Numbered from the stretch's first letter, positions 25,790-36,960 are shown. The stretch is DNA of 64,000 bases from Octopus sinensis (GCF_006345805.1 NC_043011.1:19914464-19978463), one strand, 5' to 3'. The notes: generated by a model from the letters alone, not told the origin. Made by a program: numbers and translations.

Positions 25790-27249
25790 CTCAACATAGG
25801 ATCATGTTCAAGGTGGCTTCGTCATTCATTCGTGCCATCCTTGCTACATTTACCCATCTTTTTTTGAAATAATCGCTAGACAAAACTTCCCTCTCTACTC
25901 TCACCTTCCTTTTCAAGTGATACTTGAAAAAGTTGATGAGAGATTGACCAAAGAGGAAAGTGTTTGTCTCTAATCTTTTCAGACGCGTCCACCAGATACA
26001 TTCTTTCGCCATAGCTACAAGTATTATGAAAATAGCTCTTCCTTCCCGTTTGAAGGAAGGAGGCGTAACGATATTGACGATAGACTCGGCTGATAAACCG
26101 ACTCGTCCCACACGTGACAGCAGTCGTTCGACATAAGCCCACAGGTCAGAAATGGTTGGACACTGCGCGAGAGCGTGCAGAACGGTTTCGTCGCTCTGAC
26201 CGAATCTCAGGCAGGTCGGCCCCGTGTTTCTCGAACCATGTCTATAGAGCTTATCCCGAACGTGTAGCGCTTCTCGATAGCACTGCCAGACTAGGGATCT
26301 CTGGAAATTGTCCATTGGTCCCGGCCCGAAAGTTGTCTTGAACAGGTGGGTCAGGTATTCCTCGTCGACGCCCCGAGATCGTCGTCGTACCTCCCCTCTA
26401 CTAATCCCCTACAAAATGCTTTCTTAGTGATGCAATGGCTCAAGTTCGACCCAGGAAGGTAAAGATGCTGGAGACAACAACGCGACACTCGCGGTGCCAT
26501 TCGCCCTTCCTCGGCCTCTTTTTGATCCTCGATTGCAGTTCGGTCATGGACAAGAGTTGCGGGAAAGCGCGCCGCACAAACGGCGACCACACATGCTCAC
26601 CGTCGTCTACATAGAGCCGACGATTTCGCAGTCTCAGCGCGTGTCTGCGCATCATCAAGCACGGCATGCCCAGCCCTCCTTTCAGCGGGTGTCGACAGCA
26701 AACGGATCGCCTGACCTTCGGAACGTTTCCTTTCCACAAGAAGTGGAAGAAGATGCGTTCCAGGTTGGTGACGGTGGGTCGGGACAAGGCACGACGGTCA
26801 GGCGGTAGTTGATGACGGACGCGATGTACGTGTTCGCCACCTCCGCCTGAACTTTTAGGCAGCCCTACACGTTATGCCGTCCCAGTTCTTCTCCGTTTCC
26901 AGGTCTGGACCGAACCAGACTCCGAGCAATTTGACCGGCCCACCCGTCCAGCGTCCCACTACTGAGGCGCTAGAGGACGGCATGGGCTTGCTTCTCCAGG
27001 TGCAGAGCCGCAAGCCCACCGACTTTTCTCGGTTGATTTTTGCTCCCGTCACCGCTTCGTAGTCTTGCAGTGTCTCACCGACTTTGGGTGGTCGTGTCGG
27101 TACCTGTCAGACAGTTGAAAGCGTCTGAGCAGGTCTCTGAGGCATTTACATCCCCGTCTATTTTTGCCTCTCCCCACGTAGTCTAGATGCGTGTCCAAGG
27201 TAGCATTCCAATACCCCACTAAAAGTAAAGTTCCCAGGAATACTTCTAG
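25790..27249 (-). pseudogene. internally deleted Tx1/L1-like LINE ORF2
   Basis: EN C-terminus (LLLVGYWNATLDTHLD...LSDRYRHDHP) is joined near 27083 to the RT end (DYEAVTGAKINREKS, VKLLGVWFG, FLWKG...KGGLGMP) and zf-RVT (CLRFGQSDETVLHALAQC). A 15-bp direct repeat TAATTATCTCAACAT lies at 25759 and 25783. Confidence 0.88.
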
Positions 27250-28220
27250 ACTAATTCATTCGGATGTACAAATTGTTTGCACGGGTAACCTGCCCTGTGT
27301 GGCGGTTTTCCCGTTTTTGTGTTTCTGTTTTCGGCTTTTTTAGCCATTTTATTTTCACGATGGTGACTTCAAGCCAGGAAGTCGTTGTTGAAAAGAACGC
27401 TGGTCTCCTTGACAATGTTTACGAAGTTGATTCACTTACACTGCCTTCACCACAGCTTCATGAAGGGGGGAAGAAGGGAGGAGCAAGACAGGTGCAGGTG
27501 TGAGCATGAACGCCAACACCGCCAGCGACACATGAAAAATTGGAAGCACCCAGACGACAGCTTCACAGTCAACTACTGAATCGGACAACTCTGCCATAAA
27601 CATCACCACCACCACCAACAACAACAACTACAACGATATCGTCGATTTGCTATCTACCATAACTTCCAACAACAACACCACTACTACAACCTCAACTACT
27701 ACAAATGACACCTCTGCCCCCAACACTACCACCAAAAACAAATCCAAATTTGTAGTAGTTGAGGTTGTAGTAGTGGTGTTGCTGTTGACAGTTATGGTAG
27801 ACGGCAAAACGACGATATCGTTGTTGTTGTTGGTGGAGGTGGGGGTGGTGGTGGTGGTGGTGGTGATGTTTGTGGCAGAGTTGTCAGATTCAATAGTTGA
27901 CTGTGAAGCTGTCGTCTGGGTGCTTCCAATTTTTTGTGTGTCGGTGGCGATGTCAGTTTTCATGCCCACACTTGCACCTGTGTTGCTCCTCCCCTTCTTC
28001 CCTCCTTCATGAAGCTGTGGTGAAGGCAGTGTAGGGAAATCAACGTCGTAAGCGTTGTCAAGGAGACCAGCGTTCTTTTCAACAACGACTTCATGGCTTG
28101 AAGTCGTAATCGTCAAAATAAAATGGCTAAAAAAGCCGAAAACAGATACACAAAAACGGGAAAACCGCCACACAGGGCAGGTTTCCCGTGCAAACAATTT
28201 GTACAACCGAATGAATTAGT
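27250..28220. repeat. 971-bp inverted repeat (arms 27250-27706 and 27748-28220, 41-bp spacer)
   Basis: The arms are reverse complements, about 90% identical by manual count. The ORF track shows the same peptide on both strands (27264+ and 28206-). Confidence 0.95.
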
Positions 28221-28315
28221 TGTTGCACAACTTTTACATACGAAATATTTTTCAATAATAACATTTAAACGCAAAAAGGCCAACTTACACGGAGTCGATA
28301 TGACTGACGTCCATA

Positions 28316-28474
<159 letters not shown>

Positions 28475-28558
28475 AACTTACTTGGAAAAGGATGCATAGC
28501 GGTCGATCATATAATAATATAAAATAATATATAAATACATACATATTGTGTGTGTTGT

Positions 28559-28749
28559 GACCTCCTTCGGTCATGAATGACCATGGAATTGCACCTTGAT
28601 GTTACCCTACGAGGTACAAGTCTGGGCAAGGTTGTTTATGGAAGACCAGCAGTCGCCCGCGCATACAAGCCTCCCTTCTCCACGCCACCGACGTTATCCA
28701 AGGGAAAGGCAAAGGCCGATACAGCTTGGCACCATTGACGTCGCAACTT
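28559..28749 (-). mobile_element. 3' half of SINE family D
   Basis: Reverse complement aligns to 301-490. Confidence 0.8.
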
Positions 28750-28780
28750 ATCTATTAACGTGCAAGTTGCTGAGCACTCG

Positions 28781-29123
28781 ATATATGGGTACAGGACATC
28801 AAAAAATCGTTGAACACAATTAGAAACGAAAACATAAATACAAAAACATAGAAACGAATTTTTTTTTCGAAGAATGAACGAAACAGAGAAACCAGACACA
28901 AAACAAGGTCTATTTTAAGGAAGTCGCGTCTTGTCCTTGCCGTCCTAACGTGGAGTGAATGAAACAGGGACAACTAAAGAAGGAGAATATTCTTTATGTT
29001 GTATGTCTCATTTCTCTGTTTGTTTTTTCGTTGTTCGAAAAACGTTTGTTTCTATGTTTTTGTTTTTATGTTTTCGTTTCTCATTGTGTTCAACGTTTTT
29101 TTTTATGTCCTGTACCCATATAT
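28781..29123. mobile_element. hairpin MITE-like element, ~125-bp arms
   Basis: ATATATGGGTACAGGACATCAAAAAATCGTTGAACACAAT... pairs with ...ATTGTGTTCAACGTTTTTTTTATGTCCTGTACCCATATAT; spacer about 100 bp. Confidence 0.8.
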
Positions 29124-29517
29124 GCATGTATATATATATGTAAATGTAGGTATGTACATATATGTATGTATATATGCATATATTTCTATATCATTTATTA
29201 TATATAATATATATATATTATATATATATATATATAATTTCAACAATTGAGGGCAAAATTAATTAATTATTAATCAATTTCACCAAGTGTTCAGTATGCA
29301 AAGGGACCATTCAAGGCGAATTCAAATTATTACATTATATAAAAGGGCTTAGTAAAATAAATTACTTTGCCGCATACTGAACTCATTAGAAATAGCAGCT
29401 AAAAAACTTTTTTAAAGCTATTTCTAATACTTAAAGAAAATCTCTCTCATATATAGTGTTTGCTTAATTCAACTCACAAAAGTTTGGGGGTAAGGACATC
29501 GAAAAATCAAATGCTAA

Positions 29518-29583
29518 GGTTTTTGAGAACGTACGTTTCAAGATTAGTCAAAACAACACTTCTATCATCAGCTCAGAAATTCC
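29518..29583 (-). ncRNA. type I hammerhead ribozyme, copy 1
   Basis: Minus strand reads UGAG CUGAUGA (29571-29565) ... GAAAC GUAC GUU CUCA. Predicted cleavage between 29528 and 29527. Confidence 0.75.
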
Positions 29584-30057
29584 TTGGTTCGGATTTGGAA
29601 ACACTGAAAATAAGAACATACCCTTTCGAAGATCTGCTCGTAACTAACAGTGCCAACAAATTCAAATAAGCAAGCGAAGAATCTCTGTTCTCCCCTTTCC
29701 ACCAGCGTGGGTTAAAATCATCAAACACTATGCTTATTTCGGTAAAATCCGAAGCATTAATCAGAGGGAGATTAATTATAATTTCAACAATTGAGGGCAA
29801 AATTAATTATTAATCAATTTCACCAAGTGTTCAGTATGCAAAGGGACCATTCCAGGCGAATTCAAATTATTACATTATATAAAAGGGCTTAGTAAAATAA
29901 ATTACTTTGCCGCATACTGAACTCATTAGAAATAGCAGCTAAAAAACTTTTTTAAAGCTATTTCTAATACTTAAAGAAAATCTCTCTCATATATAGTGTT
30001 TGCTTAATTCAACTCACAAAAGTTTGGGGGTAAGGACATCGAAAAATCAAATGCTAA

Positions 30058-30124
30058 GGTTATTTGAGAACGTACGTTTCAAGATTAGTCAAAACAACAC
30101 TTCTATCATCAGCTCAGAAATTCC
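30058..30124 (-). ncRNA. type I hammerhead ribozyme, copy 2
   Basis: Same core (CUGAUGA at 30112-30106). Predicted cleavage at 30069/30068. Confidence 0.75.
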
Positions 30125-30600
30125 TTGGTTCGGATTTGGAAACACTGAAAATAAGAACATACCTTTCGAAGATCTGCTCGTAACTAACAGTGCCAACAAA
30201 TTCAAATAAGCAAGCGAAGAATCTCTGTTCTCCCCTTCCACCAGCGTGGGTTAAAATCATCAAACACTATGCTTATTTCGGTAAAATCCGAAGCATTAAT
30301 CAGAGGGAGATTAATTATAATTTCAACAATTGAGGGCAAAATTAATTAATTATTAATCAATTTCACCAAGTGTTCAGTATGCAAAGGGACCATTCAAGGC
30401 GAATTCAAATTATTACATTATATAAAAGGGCTTAGTAAAATAAATTACTTTGCCGCATACTGAACTCATTAGAAATAGCAGCTAAAAAACTTTTTTAAAG
30501 CTATTTCTAATACTTAAAGAAAATCTCTCTCATATATAGTGTTTGCTTAATTCAACTCACAAAAGTTTGGGGGTAAGGACATCGAAAAATCAAATGCTAA

Positions 30601-30667
30601 GGTTATTTGAGAACGTACGTTTCAAGATTAGTCAAAACAACACTTCTATCATCAGCTCAGAAATTCC
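30601..30667 (-). ncRNA. type I hammerhead ribozyme, copy 3
   Basis: Same core (CUGAUGA at 30655-30649). Predicted cleavage at 30612/30611. Confidence 0.75.
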
Positions 30668-31145
30668 TTGGTTCGGATTTGGAAACACTGAAAATAAGAA
30701 CATACCCTTTCGAAGATCTGCTCGTAACTAACAGTGCCAACAAATTCAAATAAGCAAGCGAAGAATCTCTGTTCTCCCCTTTCCACCAGCGTGGGTTAAA
30801 ATCATCAAACACTATGCTTATTTCGGTAAAATCCGAAGCATTAATCAGAGGGAGATTAATTATAATTTCAACAATTGAGGGCAAAATTAATTAATTATTA
30901 ATCAATTTCACCAAGTGTTCAGTATGCAAAGGGACCATTCAAGGCGAATTCAAATTATTACATTATATAAAAGGGCTTAGTAAAATAAATTACTTTGCCG
31001 CATACTGAACTCATTAGAAATAGCAGCTAAAAAACTTTTTTAAAGCTATTTCTAATACTTAAAGAAAATCTCTCTCATATATAGTGTTTGCTTAATTCAA
31101 CTCACAAAAGTTTGGGGGTAAGGACATCGAAAAATCAAATGCTAA

Positions 31146-31212
31146 GGTTATTTGAGAACGTACGTTTCAAGATTAGTCAAAACAACACTTCTATCATCAG
31201 CTCAGAAATTCC
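31146..31212 (-). ncRNA. type I hammerhead ribozyme, copy 4
   Basis: Same core (CUGAUGA at 31200-31194). Predicted cleavage at 31157/31156. Confidence 0.75.
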
Positions 31213-31609
31213 TTGGTTCGGATTTGGAAACACTGAAAATAAGAACATACCCTTTCGAAGATCTGCTCGTAACTAACAGTGCCAACAAATTCAAATAAGC
31301 AAGCGAAGAATCTCTGTTCTCCCCTTTCCACCAGCGTGGGTTAAAATCATCAAACACTATGCTTATTTCGGTAAAATCCGAAGCATTAATCAGAGGGAGA
31401 TTAATTATAATTTCAACAATTGAGGGCAAAATTAATTAATTATTAATCAATTTCACAAGTGTTCAGTATGCAAAGGGACCATTCAAGGCGAATTCAAATT
31501 ATTACATTATATAAAAGGGCTTAGTAAAATAAATTACTTTGCCGCATACTGAACTCATTAGAAATAGCAGCTAAAAAACTTTTTTAAAGCTATTTAAAGC
31601 TATTAAAGC

Positions 31610-31695
<86 letters not shown>

Positions 31696-31698
<3 letters not shown>

Positions 31699-31886
31699 GA
31701 AAGTTTACGAAAAAAACAAAAGACGAAGACAGGTGGTGTACAAAACAAACAGATGTATTAGTATAACGCTCAGGAATAGATAATGTCTTTTTACGTTTCG
31801 AGCCAACGCTCTTCTACAGAAAGGTACACAGAAAAAACAAGGAGAGAAACAAGGAGAGGAAAAAAAGGAGAGAAAAAATGTGTGTA
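31696..31886 (-). mobile_element. short PLE pLTR-like element with variant minimal hammerhead (31787-31824)
   Basis: Reverse complement of 58689-58853. Motif TTT CTGTAGA A GAGC GTTG GCTC GAAAC GTA AAA. The 3' end is in (TA)n. Confidence 0.7.
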
Positions 31887-33229
31887 GTGGCTAACGATCT
31901 ATCATGGCGTCATCACATCAAGTCGCTTTGAAATTTAGTCACATCTTTTTGGCGTATTTATCTTCAAATCATGTAATTATATGTCAGAATTGTGTTAGTA
32001 GAAATACAATTAACTATGCAACCCACATATTTATGGGTTTGTGTCAATAAGCATATGCATGATAGTGTGATTGAGAATGTTGCTTTCTAACAAACCCTGA
32101 CTTCGGGCAAGTGCCATGTACAGAAATGTGAAATAAACACATAATTAATTTTGTAAGTGAAATGAGGTAGGTGAAAACTGCGAGAATCTTGTCATGTATG
32201 CGAATATATTCGTGTATGATTCTGGATTAATACCGATAAACTAAACAAATTACTTTAAAACGAGGCAGTCGAAACGATCGAATGGACAGATCATGGGAGC
32301 AGCGTTCCAACAGGAACAGGTTACAATGACCAAAGGTATAACAATGTAAGCTGTCGTGTCAGATAAACTTTATGACGTTTATAATTGCTAATTCATTGAG
32401 AAAAGAGGTTAAAATCTTATTTGAATTAAAGAACTTCTAACATTCCAAATTCCTGCTACTGCAAATCCGTATCTAATTTTAGACAGTCAGTTCTATTGGT
32501 TTCCTTGGAAGACTATAAGTGAGCAGAAAGGAGTTGGGGAGCCGGATATGCTATTTGCTTATAAATTCCCTTTACATCTTCATATATATATTTGACTTTG
32601 ATAAAGGGAACATAATCTCCTTTGGTTACTACGCTCAAAGATATAGGTACATAAGGGAAGAATGAAAATAGGTACATTCATTATGCATGTCAGGATCAAT
32701 TCCTTGCTGATATATTTCACTTCACATGCACTATGTGCCTTCGATTGCCTGCATTATTAAATAAATTTACAGATAGGGTGGCTCCAGCAAGTTCTCATAC
32801 GATTTGCACGCAATGAAGACCGCATTACTTTGAGATAACTCCTCATTAAATGCCTTACCTTATTCATGAATTCAAAACATGTAAATAATCTTTAATGTGG
32901 ATATTTTCTTAGAATATCGGATCCTGCATTATTAGCCTAGTGAGATCCTATTATATAGGCGGTGAGTGCATAAAAACAAAGCCATAGATCGCAGCAGACG
33001 AGAACCGTCTATAATGGGCGCCGGAATTCCCATATCACGTAATATCATTCTATTGAAAAACATCAGTTGGAAGCGTCTGGTTACCCTTTGCAATTCACAT
33101 CATGCTGCTACGATACATAAAATAGCAGCATCTTTTCAGATGCTGGTGTCCAAATACCGAGCAAGACTATTGAAAACTATTAGCGATGGACGCATTATGA
33201 ATGCCAAAAAAGTATTTCATATTGTGGTT

Positions 33230-33396
33230 ATTCGGTTACATGGACCTCAATACGAAACTGGTGCTTATTTTATCGACTCCGAAAGGATGAAATGCAAACT
33301 CGAGCTCGGCGAAAATTGAACTCAGAACGTATTGACGGACGACAGACGGTGAGCATTTGGCCAGGCATGCTAATGATGCTGCCAACCCGTCTCCTT
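33230..33396 (-). mobile_element. SINE family B, diverged
   Basis: Reverse complement matches the family B head and central block. Confidence 0.75.
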
Positions 33397-33688
33397 ATAT
33401 TAGACAATAATATTAGTAAAGCTAACATCCATTGTTGTTTATTTGCTACCACACACACGCTCAATCGTGGTTAGATCAATTTACTTTTCTTAAGCTGCAA
33501 AAGCCGTTCCAACCATACCTGCACAGAACACAACTACATTTACCCCATTAGCAATCTAAAACATTTCACCGTTATTTTTAAGTAATTTCATATTTATATA
33601 CATACGAATAAACTTGATATATATGTATATACACACCCACACACATATGCCACATATATATGTACGTTTGTATTTATGCATCTGTATT

Positions 33689-33719
<31 letters not shown>

Positions 33720-35754
33720 GTATATGTATGTATGCATATAGATTATAGAAGAACCATCATAAAGCAATTCAACAATGAAATAACAATAATATAATTAAAT
33801 CATACCATATAGGAAAAAATTAAATATACAGTAAAACATATACCAATAATTAAGCAAATTACAAAATGATAAATATTATATAATTAGTAAAAAGCCTACA
33901 CGTGTTTCCTGGCTATATTATTATATATATTTTATATATATATATATACACGCACATACTTACACACATTCAAGCACTCACAAACACACACACAGATCGT
34001 AATAATAACAATATTTACCTTAGGTTATATCGGTACAGCTCGATACATACCCAAAAACTGGTTCATCAGTTCATCAGTCAGCATCATTAAACTATATATA
34101 TTTACATGTGTGTATTGTTTCATAGTTAAGTTAGTAGGTAATATATTTTAATATATTGTGTTTCGAGACGGTCATTTTATTACAATTATTGTTTTTTGTT
34201 TTTGTTTTTTTTGCCAAATAAATACATTGTGTTGGAGTAAGTGAAGCAAGAACATACATTCTGTTGGAGTAAGTGAAACAAAAAGTGTCTCTGGAGAGGT
34301 CATAGATGTGTGACGAAAGATTTCCGGTCAATGGACAAGAGTTAGAATAATAAAACAAGAACAGTAATAACCGAGTGAAAAAATAGATATAAAGTGCGTG
34401 TATTTATTTGGTACAACAAAAATAATACTAAAAAATAAAATAACCATCCCGAAATGCAACAATATCTGTTACAACACACGATTTCACATCAGGAATCTTG
34501 CAAAACGAATTGATAAACGTATTTTAATATAGTCTTCCTAAAATATCTCGAAATTACGGAGTTGAATAGATGAGACATAGGTACAATGCGTAGGATCGAC
34601 TCATTATGATCAGTTTTGTCCAAGTCATGAATATTATCGGTGCAACAACGTTGCGGAGTTATTGAATAAGCGATATTGGTAGAGTTTGAACTTATGAACT
34701 TGAAGAATGAATCGAAATTCTAAATCGTAATCAACAAAGTTCTTCACTATACTGACGCCTACTTCACATTAGTTTGAGAAATCTATAGAATAAAAACATT
34801 ATTTAGATATGTTAGGTGTGAAGACCTAAATAAATAATAAATAAATCCGCAAATTCATTGTATATAACATTAAGTATAGTCATCGTAAGATTATTAGATG
34901 ACAAAAGGAAACTAAGTAGACGTATATCTAGAGTATTTAAAACAAGATAAGCCGCTTATCTGTAAAGTATTATATTATTTCGTACTTCCTAATACTCTAC
35001 TGGTTCTAAGCATCGCTATAGTTTACCTGTTGATTCAGATTTGTTCATATTATTTATTCTTACTTTTCCAGATTTTCCTTTGCGCTATTTTATTTCTCAT
35101 TATTTTTTAAATGGATTCGTTCAAGTTTTTTTTACTCTGTATGCATAATTGAAGTGAATGCCCGAATGTTTATTGAGGCGTAGAGAAGTGTTGTAAAAAT
35201 TGTTTTGACGAATCGTTTTATGTCAGTATTTCTTTTTTTTTTTGTTGGTGTGTGATTTTATTGTCACTATAGTACTAAGATACGATAACAGATTAGTACA
35301 TGCCTGCAGTAAGTCCATTACGTACTAGTGAACTAAATATGTCGTCCAGTGGCTTTTTGTCATTACGTTTCCTTAAATGATTCTGTGGAAATGGATGCAA
35401 AATTGTATCACAAAATATAAACTCTCATTCATGGCAATGATTAAAATATCTCGAGTTTACTTTGATCCAATAGATATAACTGTCAGATTACTCATGTCTT
35501 GTACATGGATTAGCAGTTTATAAACTGGGCAGCCATACATTACGAGTTAAATTGTTACTTAGTCCTAATTATATAGGTCGCATTGGGAGGAATTCTCATT
35601 TTACACCAGTTTATTTATAAATGCTGAGATTTTTCTGCTTAGAATTTAATCTTGCACACGGCTGAAGCTGGAGTAGACATTGAAACATTGAAACATTTTG
35701 GCGCTTATCTTTTCCTTCTGTAAAGTTTCGATTATATTCAATCATATTGCTTGT

Positions 35755-35961
35755 AAATTTTGGCACAAGGCCAGCAATTTCAGGGGGAGGGATAAATCCG
35801 TTATATCGATCCAAGTGCCCAACTGATGCGTATTTTATCGACCTCGAAGGGGATGAAAGGCAAAGTCAATCTCGTCAGAATTTGAACTCAGAACTTAAAG
35901 GCGGACGAAATACCGCTAAGAATTTTGAACTGAGTGGTAACTATTCTGCCAGCTCGCCTCT
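35755..35961 (-). mobile_element. SINE family B (tail variant B2)
   Basis: Reverse complement of GAGGCGAGCTGGCAGAATAG...CTTTGCCTTTCATCCCCTTCGAGGTCG...GGCCTTGTGCCAAAATTT. Confidence 0.8.
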
Positions 35962-36139
35962 TTATCCTATTTAACCGTTTTAATACTTGTAGCAATATCG
36001 CCATCATGCATACGGTCTGGTACCTGTTTATACCGACTATAATCCAAATTGAAGAAAAAGGAATTAGATGTAGCTGCCGCCTTGACTGTTTTGCTGAATA
36101 TACTCGGATTTGGCAAAGTTTGAACAAGCAGTAATGTAG

Positions 36140-36720
36140 TTACTCGTATTGATGTATTACCTGCACAGCATGTACTTGATGTTAAAATGCGTTTTTTTAT
36201 TTTACTTTTATACTTAGTTGTATCTATGAATTGATTCTGTGAAGCTATCAGATATTTTGTTTCTAATTTCAATACTAAGCTTTTGAACGCCTTTAGCTTA
36301 CACACAGGCTTAAATTCTCTCTTACGTGTCTTCTGGGGACTGTCATACAGTGTTTGTTTCAGCTCAATAGCGTTTTTGAATTCAGTTTTTAATCCTTGGG
36401 AATGTAGAATTCAGTTTGTTTATCACAAACGCTATCAATTATTTAAGAGTTTTATTTTTTAGGTTTGATGTAATTGTATGTGTAGTCCCTTGTGTAAATT
36501 TAAATTAATAGTTATTTTATTTTGTTGGAAGCCATTTTAACTCTTCGATATGCTATGGGATTGGTGTTAAGTTTTCTCATATCACAAAGGTATTATTAGA
36601 GAAAAGACTGTATGGGTTGGTTATGTTAATATGCTGCAACTGTTTAGAATGTGAGTTACGAGAATCTATTTTATAGTATCTGGTTTCTATTATGCAAGCA
36701 CGTTCAGTGTGCAATTATAT
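36140..36720 (-). pseudogene. decayed Penelope-like element, RT thumb to GIY-YIG start
   Basis: IETRYYKIDS...NITNPYSL, HIEELK, LIAFVI...STFP and NIKYMLC follow the PLE thumb-linker-GIY order; many stops. Confidence 0.5.
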
Positions 36721-36907
36721 CTTGTGATTTTGGTGTATTATAGGTAATACTGTTGAAGCTATTGGAAATATAAATATATGAATTATGCTGTTTTATTGCA
36801 TGCTTGTTGTATAAGGCACGTGTTTTGCATTAACCATGTACTTTTAAGATTTGACATTCAGTTGAACATGAGATGAATATGAGTGTGCGTGTGCATGGTT
36901 GTTTATA

Positions 36908-36960
36908 TTCTTCTTCCTCCTCTTCTTCTTCTTCTTCTTATTATTATTATTATCATTACT

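Larger units (their letters stand above)
29233..31595 (-). repeat. head-to-tail array of a ~545-bp unit (about 4.3 units), retrozyme-like or PLE pLTR-like
   Basis: Units start near 29233, 29779, 30318, 30864 and 31408. They are almost identical (a few 1-4 nt indels, one substitution). (TA)n on both sides and one hammerhead per full unit. Confidence 0.97.

Noticed and set aside
29460-31429. Repeated 62-75 aa ORFs in the tandem array
   Set aside because: They are short, change frame between near-identical copies and have no recognisable domain; the unit is better explained as non-coding.
29233-31595. CRISPR array or rDNA/5S/snRNA tandem
   Set aside because: There are no unique spacers and no recognisable rRNA or snRNA sequence.
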